Positions 24,850 through 36,911 of a DNA stretch of 60,592 nt are shown here, piece after piece. The position numbers were made by a program, and so were the translations under genes. The stretch is from Nemertoderma westbladi. Taxonomy: Eukaryota; Animalia; Xenacoelomorpha. Numbering within the stretch: position 1 is the first letter of the stretch; the number at the start of each line of letters is the position of its first letter. The notes below the pieces were generated by a model. It was not told the DNA's origin. It ran no database searches and saw nothing but the letters and a program-made list of their open reading frames with translations. The DNA is taken from NCBI GenBank assembly GCA_032718475.1, contig JAUCBJ010004648.1, forward strand, positions 1 to 60,592, written 5' to 3'.

Positions 24850-25071
24850 CACATTAACAATTCCCACTTCAGTGCAATTAACTGGTTACCCGTCAACTGC
24901 GAATTAAACAACACCTGGCAACATGGCAAAAACACAGTCTTTGGTCAACTTTCCTTTGACTATAAGGGGCCAGAGATCTGGAGTAGCCTACCGCGCAATG
25001 TAACCGAGCCAGTATCTGTGGAAGCCTTCAAACACGCAGTAAAATCACATTACCTAAGCTCACTTCATTGA
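24850..25071 (+). mobile_element. CR1/L2-like LINE 3' end fragment
   Basis: Translates to ...FGQLSFDYKGARDWSSLPRNVTEPVSVEAFKHAVKSHYL..*, the typical CR1/L2-group ORF2 C-terminus. Confidence 0.7.
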
Positions 25072-25346
25072 CATATCGCCAAGCTTTTTTAGTTATCTTA
25101 AGATCTATTTTTAAAACTTTAACTTTCATACTCCATTTTAATTACCAAAATAACATATTTTTTTAATTTATATCAAAGCACAATATATTATTACTTAATA
25201 TTACAGTACAAATTAATAATTTTGAATAATTTTACAGAATTTTTAATGTTATGCAAGAAATACTTTATTTGCGAATATTAAAAGAATGAATGATATCCTG
25301 CATTACTGAATAAATTGTATAATATGTGGGATTATTTCACTGTTAA

Positions 25347-26923
25347 CCCTATTAAACCCGGGGGGGGGGGGGGGGGGGGTCAATATGACCCCTCCCGTGG
25401 TTTTTTTATTATAATTCTGAAACAAACGCAGTTGGGAATCTGAAATTTTATGACTTTTCCTAAAAATCTATTGTCTTCCTAGTAGTGAAAACCGTTTTCA
25501 AAAATATTGGGTACTTTTCGAGTTATAGCGCCATTTTTTAACCCTACTTTTGGCACTTTTTTTGAGACGTTTTTTGAAAATTACATTTCATTAAATATGA
25601 ATTGTAACATCTCTATTTTTTATTTACACGGTTTTTTTGGTGTTAGAAATTTGATGGAATTCATATAAATTGATTTAGAAATTTTAAACATGTTTTTTTC
25701 GGTGGGTGCCAAATTTTGGTGCCAGCACCAAATTTTGAAATAAGTCAATTTTGTAAATTGATCGTTTGAAACTTGTTTTTTTACGCAATTGGGGTTTTTT
25801 GGGTTTCTGGATTCGAAGAAATATATACGAGTTGCACCAAGCGTATCAAACTTGTATTTTTCGGTGCTGTGTGCAAATTTTGGTGCTAGCACGAAATTTT
25901 GAAAATCCATTCAATAGATAAAATTGCTTGTGAGAATTTATTTCTTGCGTTTTAGAGGTTTATGGCTGTTCTGAATTCAATGGAAAATATAATTATCGAA
26001 CTAGACATCTCAAACTTGTATTTTTCGGATGTGGGTGCAAAATGTGGTGCTAGCACCAAATTTTGAAAACCATCAAATATATCAATTGATTGTGTCACCT
26101 TGTTTCTTGCGTTATACGGGTTTGTGATGGTTCTGAATTCAATAGAATCAGTAAAAATTTCATAAGAGTTGTCAAACTTGTATTTTTCGCCGGTGGGTGA
26201 AAATTGTTGTGCCAGCACCAAATTTTGGAAAATATGCAAATTGATAAGTAGATAGTATCACCTTGTTTCTTGCGTTATACGGGTTTATGAGGGTCCTGAA
26301 TCCGATGGAATCAATAAAAACTGCACTGGACATCGCAAACTTGTACTTTTTGGTGATGGGTACGAAATTTGGTGCTAGCACCAAAATTTCCCAAATTACG
26401 CCGAAAAATACAAGTAGCAATGATCTAGCATATTAGAAATGTATTCCATTAGAATCCGCGCCCTCGAAAACCTGAAAATGTGAATTTATAGCATCGTATA
26501 AGTGAATTAAAAATTTTGAGTTCTAACTGAAAAGTGCTGGTTACTTGTTTTTTTCATTTTTTTCCTACGCAGAGAGGACTAAACAGCCATTTATAGTAAT
26601 CATATCATTTTTTAATATTTTCCAATGTATTTTACACCCCAGAAAACCTGTATTGAAAAATAATTAGCCGAAAATGTAACTTTCAAATTTGGTGAAAATT
26701 GTGCACGACTTGTAATTTTGGTGCTGCAATATAACCACCCCAGTACATTTTTTCGAAATTTTTTTTTTTCGGTCGGATCCAGACAAGTGATACCTACGTA
26801 CAAACAAAAAATCAGACGTTTTCGTAAATATTTGTAGATTTTAGAGGGGGGGGGGGGGGGGGGGGGTCAATATGACCCTTTCCCGGTATTTGTACAACAT
26901 TTTATAGCCCGGTACTAATAGGG
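25347..26923. mobile_element. piggyBac-like non-autonomous element
   Basis: TTAA on both sides (25343-25346, 26924-26927); CCCTATTA/TAATAGGG inverted termini; subterminal direct repeat G(n)TCAATATGACCC; about five internal ~163-bp tandem repeats; no ORF. Confidence 0.85.
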
Positions 26924-28272
26924 TTAAGGTAGATATCTACAGTACTACGTAAAAAACTTTCTAAATCCGATGTATTTTACCTTGATTTGTAGTTGTTGTA
27001 ATTTGCCTATTTCCTACAATAGTTATAATTTCACTTGGGTTTCCGTTGGCGCAATGGTCGAGTAGGTTAATCTCAGATATCTCAGATTCAGACAGGAAAA
27101 AACCCCGGTCAACATGCATCTCCTACAGGTGCGAGCTGTTGCTGTTTGTCAGTACACGCAAGTACACTTAGGTGCGAATAGCACGCTCTATAATTTGGTG
27201 ATTTGCAGTACTAACAGTACAGTACCGGTTAGCTTTGTAGGCCTTATAGATTGACTGACCTGTCTGATTTCAAAGTATTTGATCAGGCAAGAGGCAGCTT
27301 TCTGCTACTGGCACAAGTTCGGCTAAGCGAGGTTTACTAACATCCTACCGCACCCTTATTTACTGCTGATCACCGCAGTAACAAAGTTCTAGAATCAAAT
27401 TTATATACCAGAGCAGCTATACGTACAAAGTATTGGTAAATTAACCAATAAGGTAGTAAATTAACACCTATTTCCTTATCTCACAATCAGAATCTGGTAT
27501 TTGTGCCAATCACGGGTGTAGTTACTAACACCGTAATTGCCCGGTTGAGTTATTAACGAAGGAGCAGAGAGCCCTTTTGATGTCAGTTTGTAAGTATTGC
27601 AGCTACAACGTGCGACTAGCTTAATCGAGTAGCTAGTGCCCGGTATTGTTATTTTGTTAAAATCACCAAAACCTAATATAACGGCGATACACCAAAATTG
27701 TTTTACTCGTAACACACACACACACACACACGTCTTGGGATCTAAGCTGGGCTACTGATTATGGTACGAATATTCTATTATTTGAGGAGATATTTGGTAT
27801 TTGTTTTACTCAGGCATAGAGGCACCCTTTTGACTGCTATTTTCCTGTCGGCAGTATTGTTTTACGCTAGTGTCGTTGACCTGCTAGCTCGTATATACCC
27901 ATATAAATCACACCGCGGCAAGTTTACAGTATTTTAGGTCCATTAGCGATAGTTAGGATTCGCTCCGCGGGGATTGTTTTCCCGTGAGTTTAGTATGTAT
28001 TGGTAGACTGTACATCTGCCTCACCGGTTAGAGGCCGGGCATCCTGTTTGTCTAGTTAGCCCGGGCATTTGATTTGCCCAAGTATTAGACAGTATAGACA
28101 TCAGGCTCCATTCCCCACCAGTAGTAGTTGGTGTAATTAGTATCTGTTTATTTAGACACCCTGGACTGGGATTTCTTGTCAGATACTGTACGAGCCCGTA
28201 TACACTGCTGGATTATACAGTAAGGTACTTCGTTATTAGGATCTGGTAGGCGGTATACTATTGGACTTATCA

Positions 28273-28281
28273 GTAGGAGAT
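28273..28281 (+). promoter_or_regulatory. Non-tRNA PBS of element D (GTAGGAGAT), repeated three times in ~43-bp units to ~28370
   Basis: Follows the inferred LTR end TTATCA; complementary to ATCTCCTAC at 27118-27126. Confidence 0.5.
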
Positions 28282-29112
28282 ATATAACTATATCTTATTT
28301 AGCTATTGTAACTCAGTAGGAGATATATTAATATATCTTATTTAGCTATTTTTACTCAGTAGGAGATATTTTATACATTAAAATTAGTAGAATTAGTAAT
28401 TTGTAGAATATTTCTTACCGATAGGCCTTTAGGGTAGCTAGTAGTTTTGTATTTGGCTAGCTGTAGATAGCTAGTTAGATTGTAATAATATGGTCTTAGG
28501 CCGTGTATGTGCGGTGTTACTTTTTTCGGTACTTGAAAAGGTATGCAAGACCAATTTGTATCAGTACCCAGGAAAATTTTTTTGTAGAGTAGTCCATAAA
28601 ACTCTCACCTTCGATTTTTCAGGACTCAAGGATTCATTTCTGGACCGCCTCGAAGGATTAGGCCGTTTTTAGCTAGTTTGGGAGGTACACGATTCGTCCG
28701 CGACGCTGGAAACGGAACAGTTCTCGTCCAGTTTGTATCTGGGGATCTGTATGACTGGAAGATCAAAGAAACGTAAGTTTTACGACTCGTGTCGTTTAAA
28801 CTTAGAGCACAGTAGTACTCAAAATTTGTGGGTTCCACTGTCTAATTTATGTGTTTGTTGGTACTTATTTTCCCTAGACATTGCTGTTTTGCCTATTATT
28901 TGTACTTGTTGATATATATTTTGGTAGCGTATACCGCTATCTCACTTATTCATATAGATTTAGCCGGTAGGCTGAATTAGTAATACTTTTATTATATACA
29001 CTTTTTGATTTTATTTGTACTGGTTAGGGTATATATAGTATATATATATATACCAAGGTAAGTTTTGACATTTTGACATTTATTACCCGTATTCGATGTA
29101 TACAATGCAGAC

Positions 29113-32100
29113 ATGAGTGATACACCATACTTGACCAGACACCCACCTACCGACTATGATTCGTGTGATGCAGACAGATCGACAGTAGACGACCCAAGAA
29201 GGAGGACTCGCGATTCTACCAATGTCACACTGCATGCATCGCCGGTACTGCGAACGGAAATACCGGAAGCCGTAGCGCGTGGCAACAGTAGAACCGAAGA
29301 CTTCCTTACCATCCCACAAACCAGATTGCGGGAACCGGACATGGTAAGTTCAACTGGAAGCCAGGAGAACATTATTAGGAGTATAGGAGGACACATGGCC
29401 CAGATAACTTGAAATAGCGGAGAAGGTTTTTGCGTCATGCGTGAGTTAACCGCCCCGATGTCGAGATACAAGTTCTACACCCTTCAGGTAAGAATAGAAA
29501 GTAGGGTACATGCCTCTGTAGATAAACTCAAAGGTTTATACAAACTTGCAGAGTTGCGTGGCGACAACTTTACTCAGGTAAAGATAATAGATAAACTGGT
29601 AAGTGCGAGGGAAAGTCTCATGCAGTTTAAGTCGGTTGTAGGATCGACTCAGCAAGAACAACTCAACCAACTGATGGGTGAGTCTGTTTCCGACTTGTTG
29701 TTGCAACCTGAAGACGAAGAAGAACTATATTGCCTGGATGGGAGGTTAGAGGCACTCACCAATTTTCTTCGTAGATGCGTCGTACCGATCGAAGAACCGG
29801 AAGTTGTACCGAGAGGGATGATGGAAGTTCTAACTATGGAAGGCTCGCGAGCCTGCCAAATTCCACAACTGGATAGATCGTTCGCTAGCATACGGAGCAA
29901 CATTAGTCGGACGGCATCGGCAATTGCTCGACGGCGGCAGGGGATCGCACCCCAGCAATGAAACTTCATAGAAGAAGCGCGGATGCAGATTGCACAAGTT
30001 GCTGCCAAAAGAGAGGGACGATGCAGGGAGAGCGACGATAGAATAGCTAAATTCCATGCAGACGATGAGTCGATTCGCAATGGCTATGATAACAGGTTTG
30101 TTATGTCAGAATCAATTCTGCAGCCATGAGCGACTATATCGCCAATTCTAGCAGGTAAGGTAAGTAATCCACCTACAGTAAGGCGTAGTTTACTTGTAGG
30201 GAGAGACGAACCTACGCTTATGAAAATAAAACAGGTGAGTATACCATTACGAGTTACACCTGTAACGTGCTGCGCGAACCCAGTCATTTATAGACCAACT
30301 AACTACAAGTCTTAAAACCGACATTTTTATTTGACCATTGGCACAATGCTTAACGAGACCTACGACTTCGTGGAAGGCTTGCGAGCCTACCGAATGCCGA
30401 AGAACTATAGATGTGGGTAGTACCCACAAATTCGAGCGGCATTTAACGAGACCTACGACTTCGTGGAAGGATTGCGACCTACCAAACGCCGAAGAACTGT
30501 GGATATCGAACAAAGGCAAACGTGGCCAACAAGATTAATATGCCTAACGCGAACACGCCACCCACCGTATCCCGACGATAGTGATTCATCCAGCGATACG
30601 GAGTTGATGGAATGGGAAATATTCCGTACTGGAGTGGCGGCTGATTACAAATGGGAGGAGAGATTTACGAATCCTTACATTGACAACCTTCCACGAGAAA
30701 CATCCGCTCAGAAACCCATGTTGCAACCAGCGGAGGCGATTAGCGCCAGACAGTTTACTGAAATGGTGGATCGATTGGCTCAACTCGAAGAGCGACTCGA
30801 AGCGCAGCCGTCGGATCGATCACGGACCAGCGTGGAGTTAGAACAACCTCAACCACAACGACCACCTTATAGAGAACTGGATGCACGACAAACTCCGAAT
30901 CCTTGAGGAGAAGACCCCATTAATGTCTCGTATCGACGAACAACGCGCGGACAGGAGCAACCGGACACTATTACAGGACAGGGATGCAGGCAGTTGGATT
31001 TGGTCAACGAGATCGCTAAGATTGCAGCCAGACACGGATTACCGGCACAACAACTGCCAAAGTTCTCTGGCAAAGCGAAACACTGGCATACACTGGTAGA
31101 CTATGTAGAGTCCCAGATCGCTATGTGTGCCTTCACTTCAACAGAGAAGTTTAATTACTTGCTCCAAGTGTTATCAGGTGAGCCAAAGAGGTTAGCGGAG
31201 ACCTTTATTGGTGTTCCAAATGCTTTTGAGCTGGCATACGACCGTGTATTCTCCATATATGGCGGTAACGTAGCCATGGCTAAATCCATCATAGAAGACC
31301 TCTATAGAGGCGGACCCATCTCGAAACCTATTGATCTTCTACAACTAGCGGACGAGATAAAGAACGCTATAGGGACTTTGCGGTCCATTGGTCAACTCGA
31401 GTACGCCAACGCACCTACAGTTCTGATCTGGATCATCAGCAGACTCCACCATCGGTTGCGCCGAGAGTGGCGCTGGATAGAGAGAGTACCAGCATGAAAA
31501 GGCCAGCGGACTATTGAAGCTGACCGACGTTTACCAGTTGATCTCGCGAGAGGCCGTAGTCGAGACACGGTCTAACTACACGGACCATCATATAGCGGCA
31601 GAAGGGATTACTATCGCTGCGCCGAATCGGACCAAACAACTTCCAACAAACGCAAAGGCCGTAACCTATACCACCCCAAGGGATACCTCCAAGGTTCTGA
31701 CGCCCATTGGCACCAAGCAGCCACAAAACAGTTGCCGGCAGATTTTGTGGGATGTCAATTCTGTGAGTGGAATGGCGGAAGATATGGCGGACACACGTTA
31801 TGAGGATGTCGCGCATTCAAGTATCTAGGAGTAGAGGAAAGATGACTCCAGATTCGCCCATTGGACTCTTGCTGGAGGTGTACCATGCTTGGACACGTCC
31901 GGAAGGACTCGCCAAGCGATGACACATGTCCTCTGTGTGGATGCAACCATGATGCGTTCTCTGACTAAGCCTCTGACTAAGCGTTTTCGACGAGAACATC
32001 CCAATAAAGCGGCTAGATGTGACGCGCTTTACAAAGAGCGCGCCCCGCACGAAGTCCGTACTTTCTACACGGATTATGTAGACCAATCAGGTTCGTTGGA

Positions 32101-34198
32101 CGAGGACGAGACGGAGGACAAAACCTTTTACATGCATGCGGGGGAGGAGGAACAACCATCTGTAACGCTCCTTACTCAGAATCAGCTGAAGGGTTTCAGC
32201 GTGATTCCCATTAAGATCACTGGAACCCAAGGGAGCAAGCGTATATACGCTATCTTGGACTCTGCGTCTTCACATAGCTACGTTGACGAACATGTGGTTG
32301 ACGTAGTTACAGACATGAGCCAAGGTTAGACTGCTCAGTATACTGTCAGTAGCATGCATGGTAAGAGAGCGATACCCGTAACGAGAGTCAAACGAACTCT
32401 GGATTCTCTTCTTTCCAAAGCGGAGCATAGCAGAGAGGATCACTCATTACTTCCGGTAAGGAACTTGACATTTGCCGCCACCAAGGACTTTAGTAACCTA
32501 CTTGGTCCTGAGCCAGAACAATCCCCGGAAGACCATAAGTATTTCCAACATCTTGGAATACCGGAATGTCCTGTTAACTATCGCTCAATTGCGATGTTGA
32601 TTGGGACAGACCAGTTCCACTTGCTTCAAAATGGGAGACACGCCAATCTGTAATAACAGCGGGCAACCCTTACGCTTGTAGAACTCCCATAGGTTGGTAT
32701 ACGAGAGCGCCTGTGCATTCACTAGAGGTAAGTGACCAGGAGGATGACGTTTTAAGCAGGTGTAGTCTATGAACTACTACGTTAGCCAATTCTCCCTCAC
32801 ATTCCTGTGGTCCCACTGTACATACAGTACCATGACAGACTTACATCACCACTAACACCAACATAACGGACTTGGACGAGACCACATGGACCTCTAACTT
32901 ACAGCTACTTGCAGCGGAACAGGTTGTATCGACCACCAAAGACCAAAGAGTTGATGCTCTGGATGTCCCGACGAACGAGGATCTTGGAAGGCTTGCGAGA
33001 CTACCAACAGATCCGAAATCGACACTGTTGTCAAGTCAAAGGCAAAAGCCAGCGCCAAGGTCAAGAGGAAACAAGGACGAATAAAATCCAATGACCTGGA
33101 CAATAGACCAGACATTACGCCAGACTTCTCACCAGACATTCGACCAGACGTTCCAACAAATCTTTCGACGGATGTTCCGCGGGAGATTTCACCAGACATT
33201 TCGCCAGATTGTTAACCAAATGTCTCGCCAGATTATTCATCAGACTGTCCACCAGATTATTCTCCGGATTCTTCGCCAGACTGCTTTATGGGGCTCTCGA
33301 CAGATTGTCTACCGGATGTCTCACCAGATTTTCCACCAGACCTTTCGATGGATTTTCCACCAGATGTTTGACTAGACATCTTGCCAGACTGTCCACCAGA
33401 TTTTAGACCAGACACTCTGCCAGACGCTATGCCAGACTTTCTATGGGACAGACGACAGAACATTTCAACGTAAGTTCCGCCATATGTTTCACCAGATGTC
33501 TCACCAGACTGTTCGCCATACCCCTCACCAGACTGTCTACCAGACTTTCCACGAGACGATCCACCAGAAAGTAGCGACATGTGCTATGACCCTGCAATAT
33601 ACCCATTGGAGCAGACCAGTACTAACTCATTAGGTATTACCAACTTACCTACTTTGACTTCCTTGAGTTACCATAACAACGGTGTGGCTACAGGTATCAC
33701 ACTCCGCTCAAGGAAAATACTTGACTTACAACATATGGCTAAAGGTGTGACTAAAGTTAGGAGGCTTACAAGCTCACAGGAACACACTGATACCATAGAG
33801 TTGAAACCATTACTACCAGTCAACTCACTGAGTGCGGATGGTAAAGGTGAGACCATTTAGATTAAAGTACTTAATTATTAATAATTAAGAACTTAATGGA
33901 CAAACCCATTGCACAAAGGAAGACACTCACTGGAAGGCCCGCGGGCCTACCAAGTCCACCAAGTATCCACACTATAATTATACCTTACCTGATGACGTCA
34001 CCCTTGATTAGATCATGGACGGATGTGTGCCGCAAGTTAGCATGGCTCAAACGTTTGAGACAATATGCCAGAGGCAAATGCGACCTTCCAAGAAGACTAA
34101 CCTTGGCTGAAGTTGATAGTTGTGAGATTGATACTATTAAACATTATCAATTGCGATATTTCGCACGAGAGTTCACAGCGATCAATCAGGGTAAATAG
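29113..34198 (+). pseudogene. Fragmented gag-pol of element D
   Basis: A run of short ORFs with BEL gag, zinc-knuckle and protease motifs, interrupted by stops and frameshifts. Confidence 0.75.
33090..33570 (+). repeat. 12-bp-period coding minisatellite (xSPD/xxPD repeats) in the RH-IN linker
   Basis: Recurrent CCAGAC/CCAGAT with 12-nt spacing; homologue at ~53790-54220 (minus). Confidence 0.75.
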
Positions 34199-34201
34199 AT
34201 A

Positions 34202-35361
34202 TGAAAAGTCCAGTAGTATACCGCCTACCAGATCCTAGTAATGATGTACCTTACTATAAGATCTAGTAGTGTATATGGGCTCATACAGTATCTGACAATA
34301 AATCCCAGTCCAGAGTGTCTAAATAAACAGATACTAAATACGCAAACTACTACTGGCGAGGAACGGAGCCTGGTGTCTACTATAATACGTGGGCGAGTCA
34401 AATGCCCGGGCGAACTAGACAAAAAAGGATACCCGGCCTCTAACCGGTGAGGCAGAAGTACAGTCTACGGTGACAGACCAAACTCACGGGAAAACAATCC
34501 ACGCGCAGCGAATCCTAACTATCGCTAACGGACCTAAATACCGTAAACTTGCCGCAGTGTGATTTATATGGTTTATATGAGCTAGTGGATTAACAGACTA
34601 GCGTAACAATACTACTATCAAGCGGTAGCAGTCAAAGGGGGGTAGTACCTAAAGTAACAATACTGCTGACAGGGGCAAAGCAGTCAAAGCATGCCATCTA
34701 AAATACTTGCCGTAAAACTAAATACTAAATATCTCCTAAAATTACAAATACGAATGGTACAACTGCTAAATATCTCCTATTGAAAGTAACCTAAAGTAAG
34801 CAATAACTAGTAGGTCTCGAAAGGGGGTATATATGTTTTAGGACGTGTGTGTGTGTGTGCGTGTTATGAATAAAACAATTTTGGGGTATTTCTGTTGTAC
34901 TAGGTTTTAATGATTTTAATCAAAACAATACTGGGCGCTAGCTACTAAAATAAGCTAGTTGCGCTCTGTAGGTTTAATACTTACAAACTGACAGTTCTCT
35001 CCTTCTTATCCACAACTCAACCGGGCAATTCCGGTGTTAGTAACTACACCCGTGATTGGCACTAATACCAGATTCTGGTTGTAGGATAAGATAATAGGTG
35101 TTAATTACTACCGTACGTAGCTGATCTGGTACACAAATTTGATTCTAGAACTTTGTTAGTGCGGTGGTTAGCAGTAAATACCTCTCAGTATATGGCAAGG
35201 CGCAGTAGGATATTAGTAACCTCCCTCGGCCAAGCATGTGCTGGTAGCAGAAAGCTGCTCCATGCCTGATCAAATATTTCAGGCTCAGACAGGGGCGGGC
35301 AAATGTATAAACTACAAAGTGAACCGGTGGGAAGATGGGGCGACAAACGCTGAGCAAAGGT
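34202..35361 (-). mobile_element. Element C, 3' part: short ORF3 continuation joined to a 3' LTR remnant
   Basis: Continues element C across TSD AAGGT; homologous to 27225-28272; ends in CA at 34202. Confidence 0.7.
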
Positions 35362-35859
35362 TGTAAAAGCTTTTGCGGATATAACTGGCCCTTTTTCTCC
35401 GCAATGTACTGTGTAAGGTGTTTTAGAGGACATAACAAGCGATTTTATCAGCTATGTCTGCATGTGTGCTCTAACGGACATAAAAAGCCAGTTTTCCCAC
35501 AATTCGCTCAAATACTCTAAACTACCTAACTCAAATGACGCAATCTACAAGCTGATTTGCTGTGCGCACATAGCCTCTTTGTTCTGTTCTACCAACCAAT
35601 CAGAGCGATTTCGCCTTGTGTTGGAGAAGGCCTGCAAAAACCCGAATAGTTCGGCATTTAGACATTTGCGGAATCTGTAGAATCTGGAGCTCAGCCAATG
35701 AGAGCTTTTTCTCTTTACATTGAGAGATGCCTACAGAAACCCACGCAATTCAGTCAGTGTGTATCTTTCTAAGCCAGAACACCGGCTTAGGATTCTTCTG
35801 TACTTCTGTAGAAGTTTCAGACTTTGGCCAGAACATTAGATGCCTTTGATTATCGAAAC

Positions 35860-35871
35860 ATAAACTATTAC
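35860..35871 (+). promoter_or_regulatory. Candidate self-primer in the LTR of B (ATAAACTATTAC)
   Basis: Exact reverse complement of 36900-36911; same LTR context as the motif in A; repeated at 47634-47645. Confidence 0.65.
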
Positions 35872-36228
35872 CAACGGTCAATGGTCAACGGTGCACAATC
35901 CACGGTACGGTACCGTACAAAAACAATTACTGCATTATTTCACTGTCTGTTATTAATGGTTAAATCTGTTGATGGATATATTGTTATATTTAGAGAATAT
36001 CGATAAAGAACCCAAAAAACCCCAATCTTATTGATTATTTAAGGTTAGAGGACAGGTTACCGGTAGCAATTGCGACTTACATTATAGTGGTTCTGGAGTG
36101 AATTAAATGCTATTTCATAATCCCTACAGTGTGTCATGTTGCTATCCTCCTTATATATGATAAAATTCAGTAACTGTCGGCAGATCAGTGTGAAGCAGTG
36201 TGAAGTTGTGTGCGGTGATGAGACTGGT

Positions 36229-36507
36229 CTCTCTCGGGGCAAATACCACACCCTGGTTTGCCATTCCACAGGGTGGGTGTCGCAATGGAGTCAGATATGA
36301 GGCCCATCACCCATATCTACTCTGGCGCATATGACCCACCTTAATCCAGGACCAAGGGCGTCCTTATCCCAGAACGAAGGGGGTCCTAGTTACAGGACCA
36401 GATTTGCCCTAGTAAAAGGGGTCATGCAGCTACAGGTGGCACCTCCTTTATGCTGCATGGAGGTGGCAAGTTTTCTTGATCAATGACCTAGAATACCTGA
36501 CCTGACC
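36229..36507 (+). mobile_element. 279-bp SINE-like retroposon with (CCTGA)n tail
   Basis: 13-bp TSD TGATGAGACTGGT (36216-36228, 36508-36520); absent from the 3' LTR; reverse-complement match to 21056-21485. Confidence 0.85.
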
Positions 36508-36899
36508 TGATGAGACTGGTAATAAAGCATCTCCTAAAGAATGCGCCTTTTATGTAAATCAATAGACATCCCGTTGTGTTTAGTGTAAGTCATAACTCTG
36601 TTTATATACTTAAAGCGCCACGTCCTAAAGGAACTGTTAATATTTCCCTGAAAGTGAATATATTGTCAGAGATTATATAGCAACTATCAATTGAATGATA
36701 CAGTAGGTCTACAACGCAATAATAAGTCAAAGCATCCGAATCCAGTCTCCCTTAACAGTGGGTGAATGGTCGCGCATAGACTGGCTTCGGCTAATGTTAT
36801 TTCAGTAATATTAAATTGTCGTAGGCTAAAGTCGATTTATAAATTAGAAGACACCTAAAATTAGCGGGTTAAACTGCTAAAAGTCTAAAAGCGCGAACA

Positions 36900-36911
36900 G
36901 TAATAGTTTAT
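36900..36911 (+). promoter_or_regulatory. Non-tRNA PBS of element B (GTAATAGTTTAT)
   Basis: Immediately after the 5' LTR; complementary to 35860-35871. Confidence 0.7.

Larger units (their letters stand above)
26928..34201 (+). mobile_element. Element D: decayed BEL/Pao element of a second family (5' LTR to ~28272, gag, protease, RH-IN linker; RT deleted)
   Basis: 27225-28272 is homologous to the inverted 34202-35328 and both end at CA. Gag motif LPKFSGKAKHW, protease AILDSASS. 33010-34200 is homologous to 53160-54300 (inverted). The left LTR boundary is uncertain. Confidence 0.75.
35362..36899 (+). repeat. 5' LTR of element B (contains a short retroposon insertion)
   Basis: Direct repeat of 47136-50536 once both insertions are removed. 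Confidence 0.93.

Noticed and set aside
25690-26400. ~163-bp repeats as a CRISPR array or coding repeat
   Set aside because: Whole units are homologous, lie inside a TTAA-flanked MITE and have no sustained ORF.
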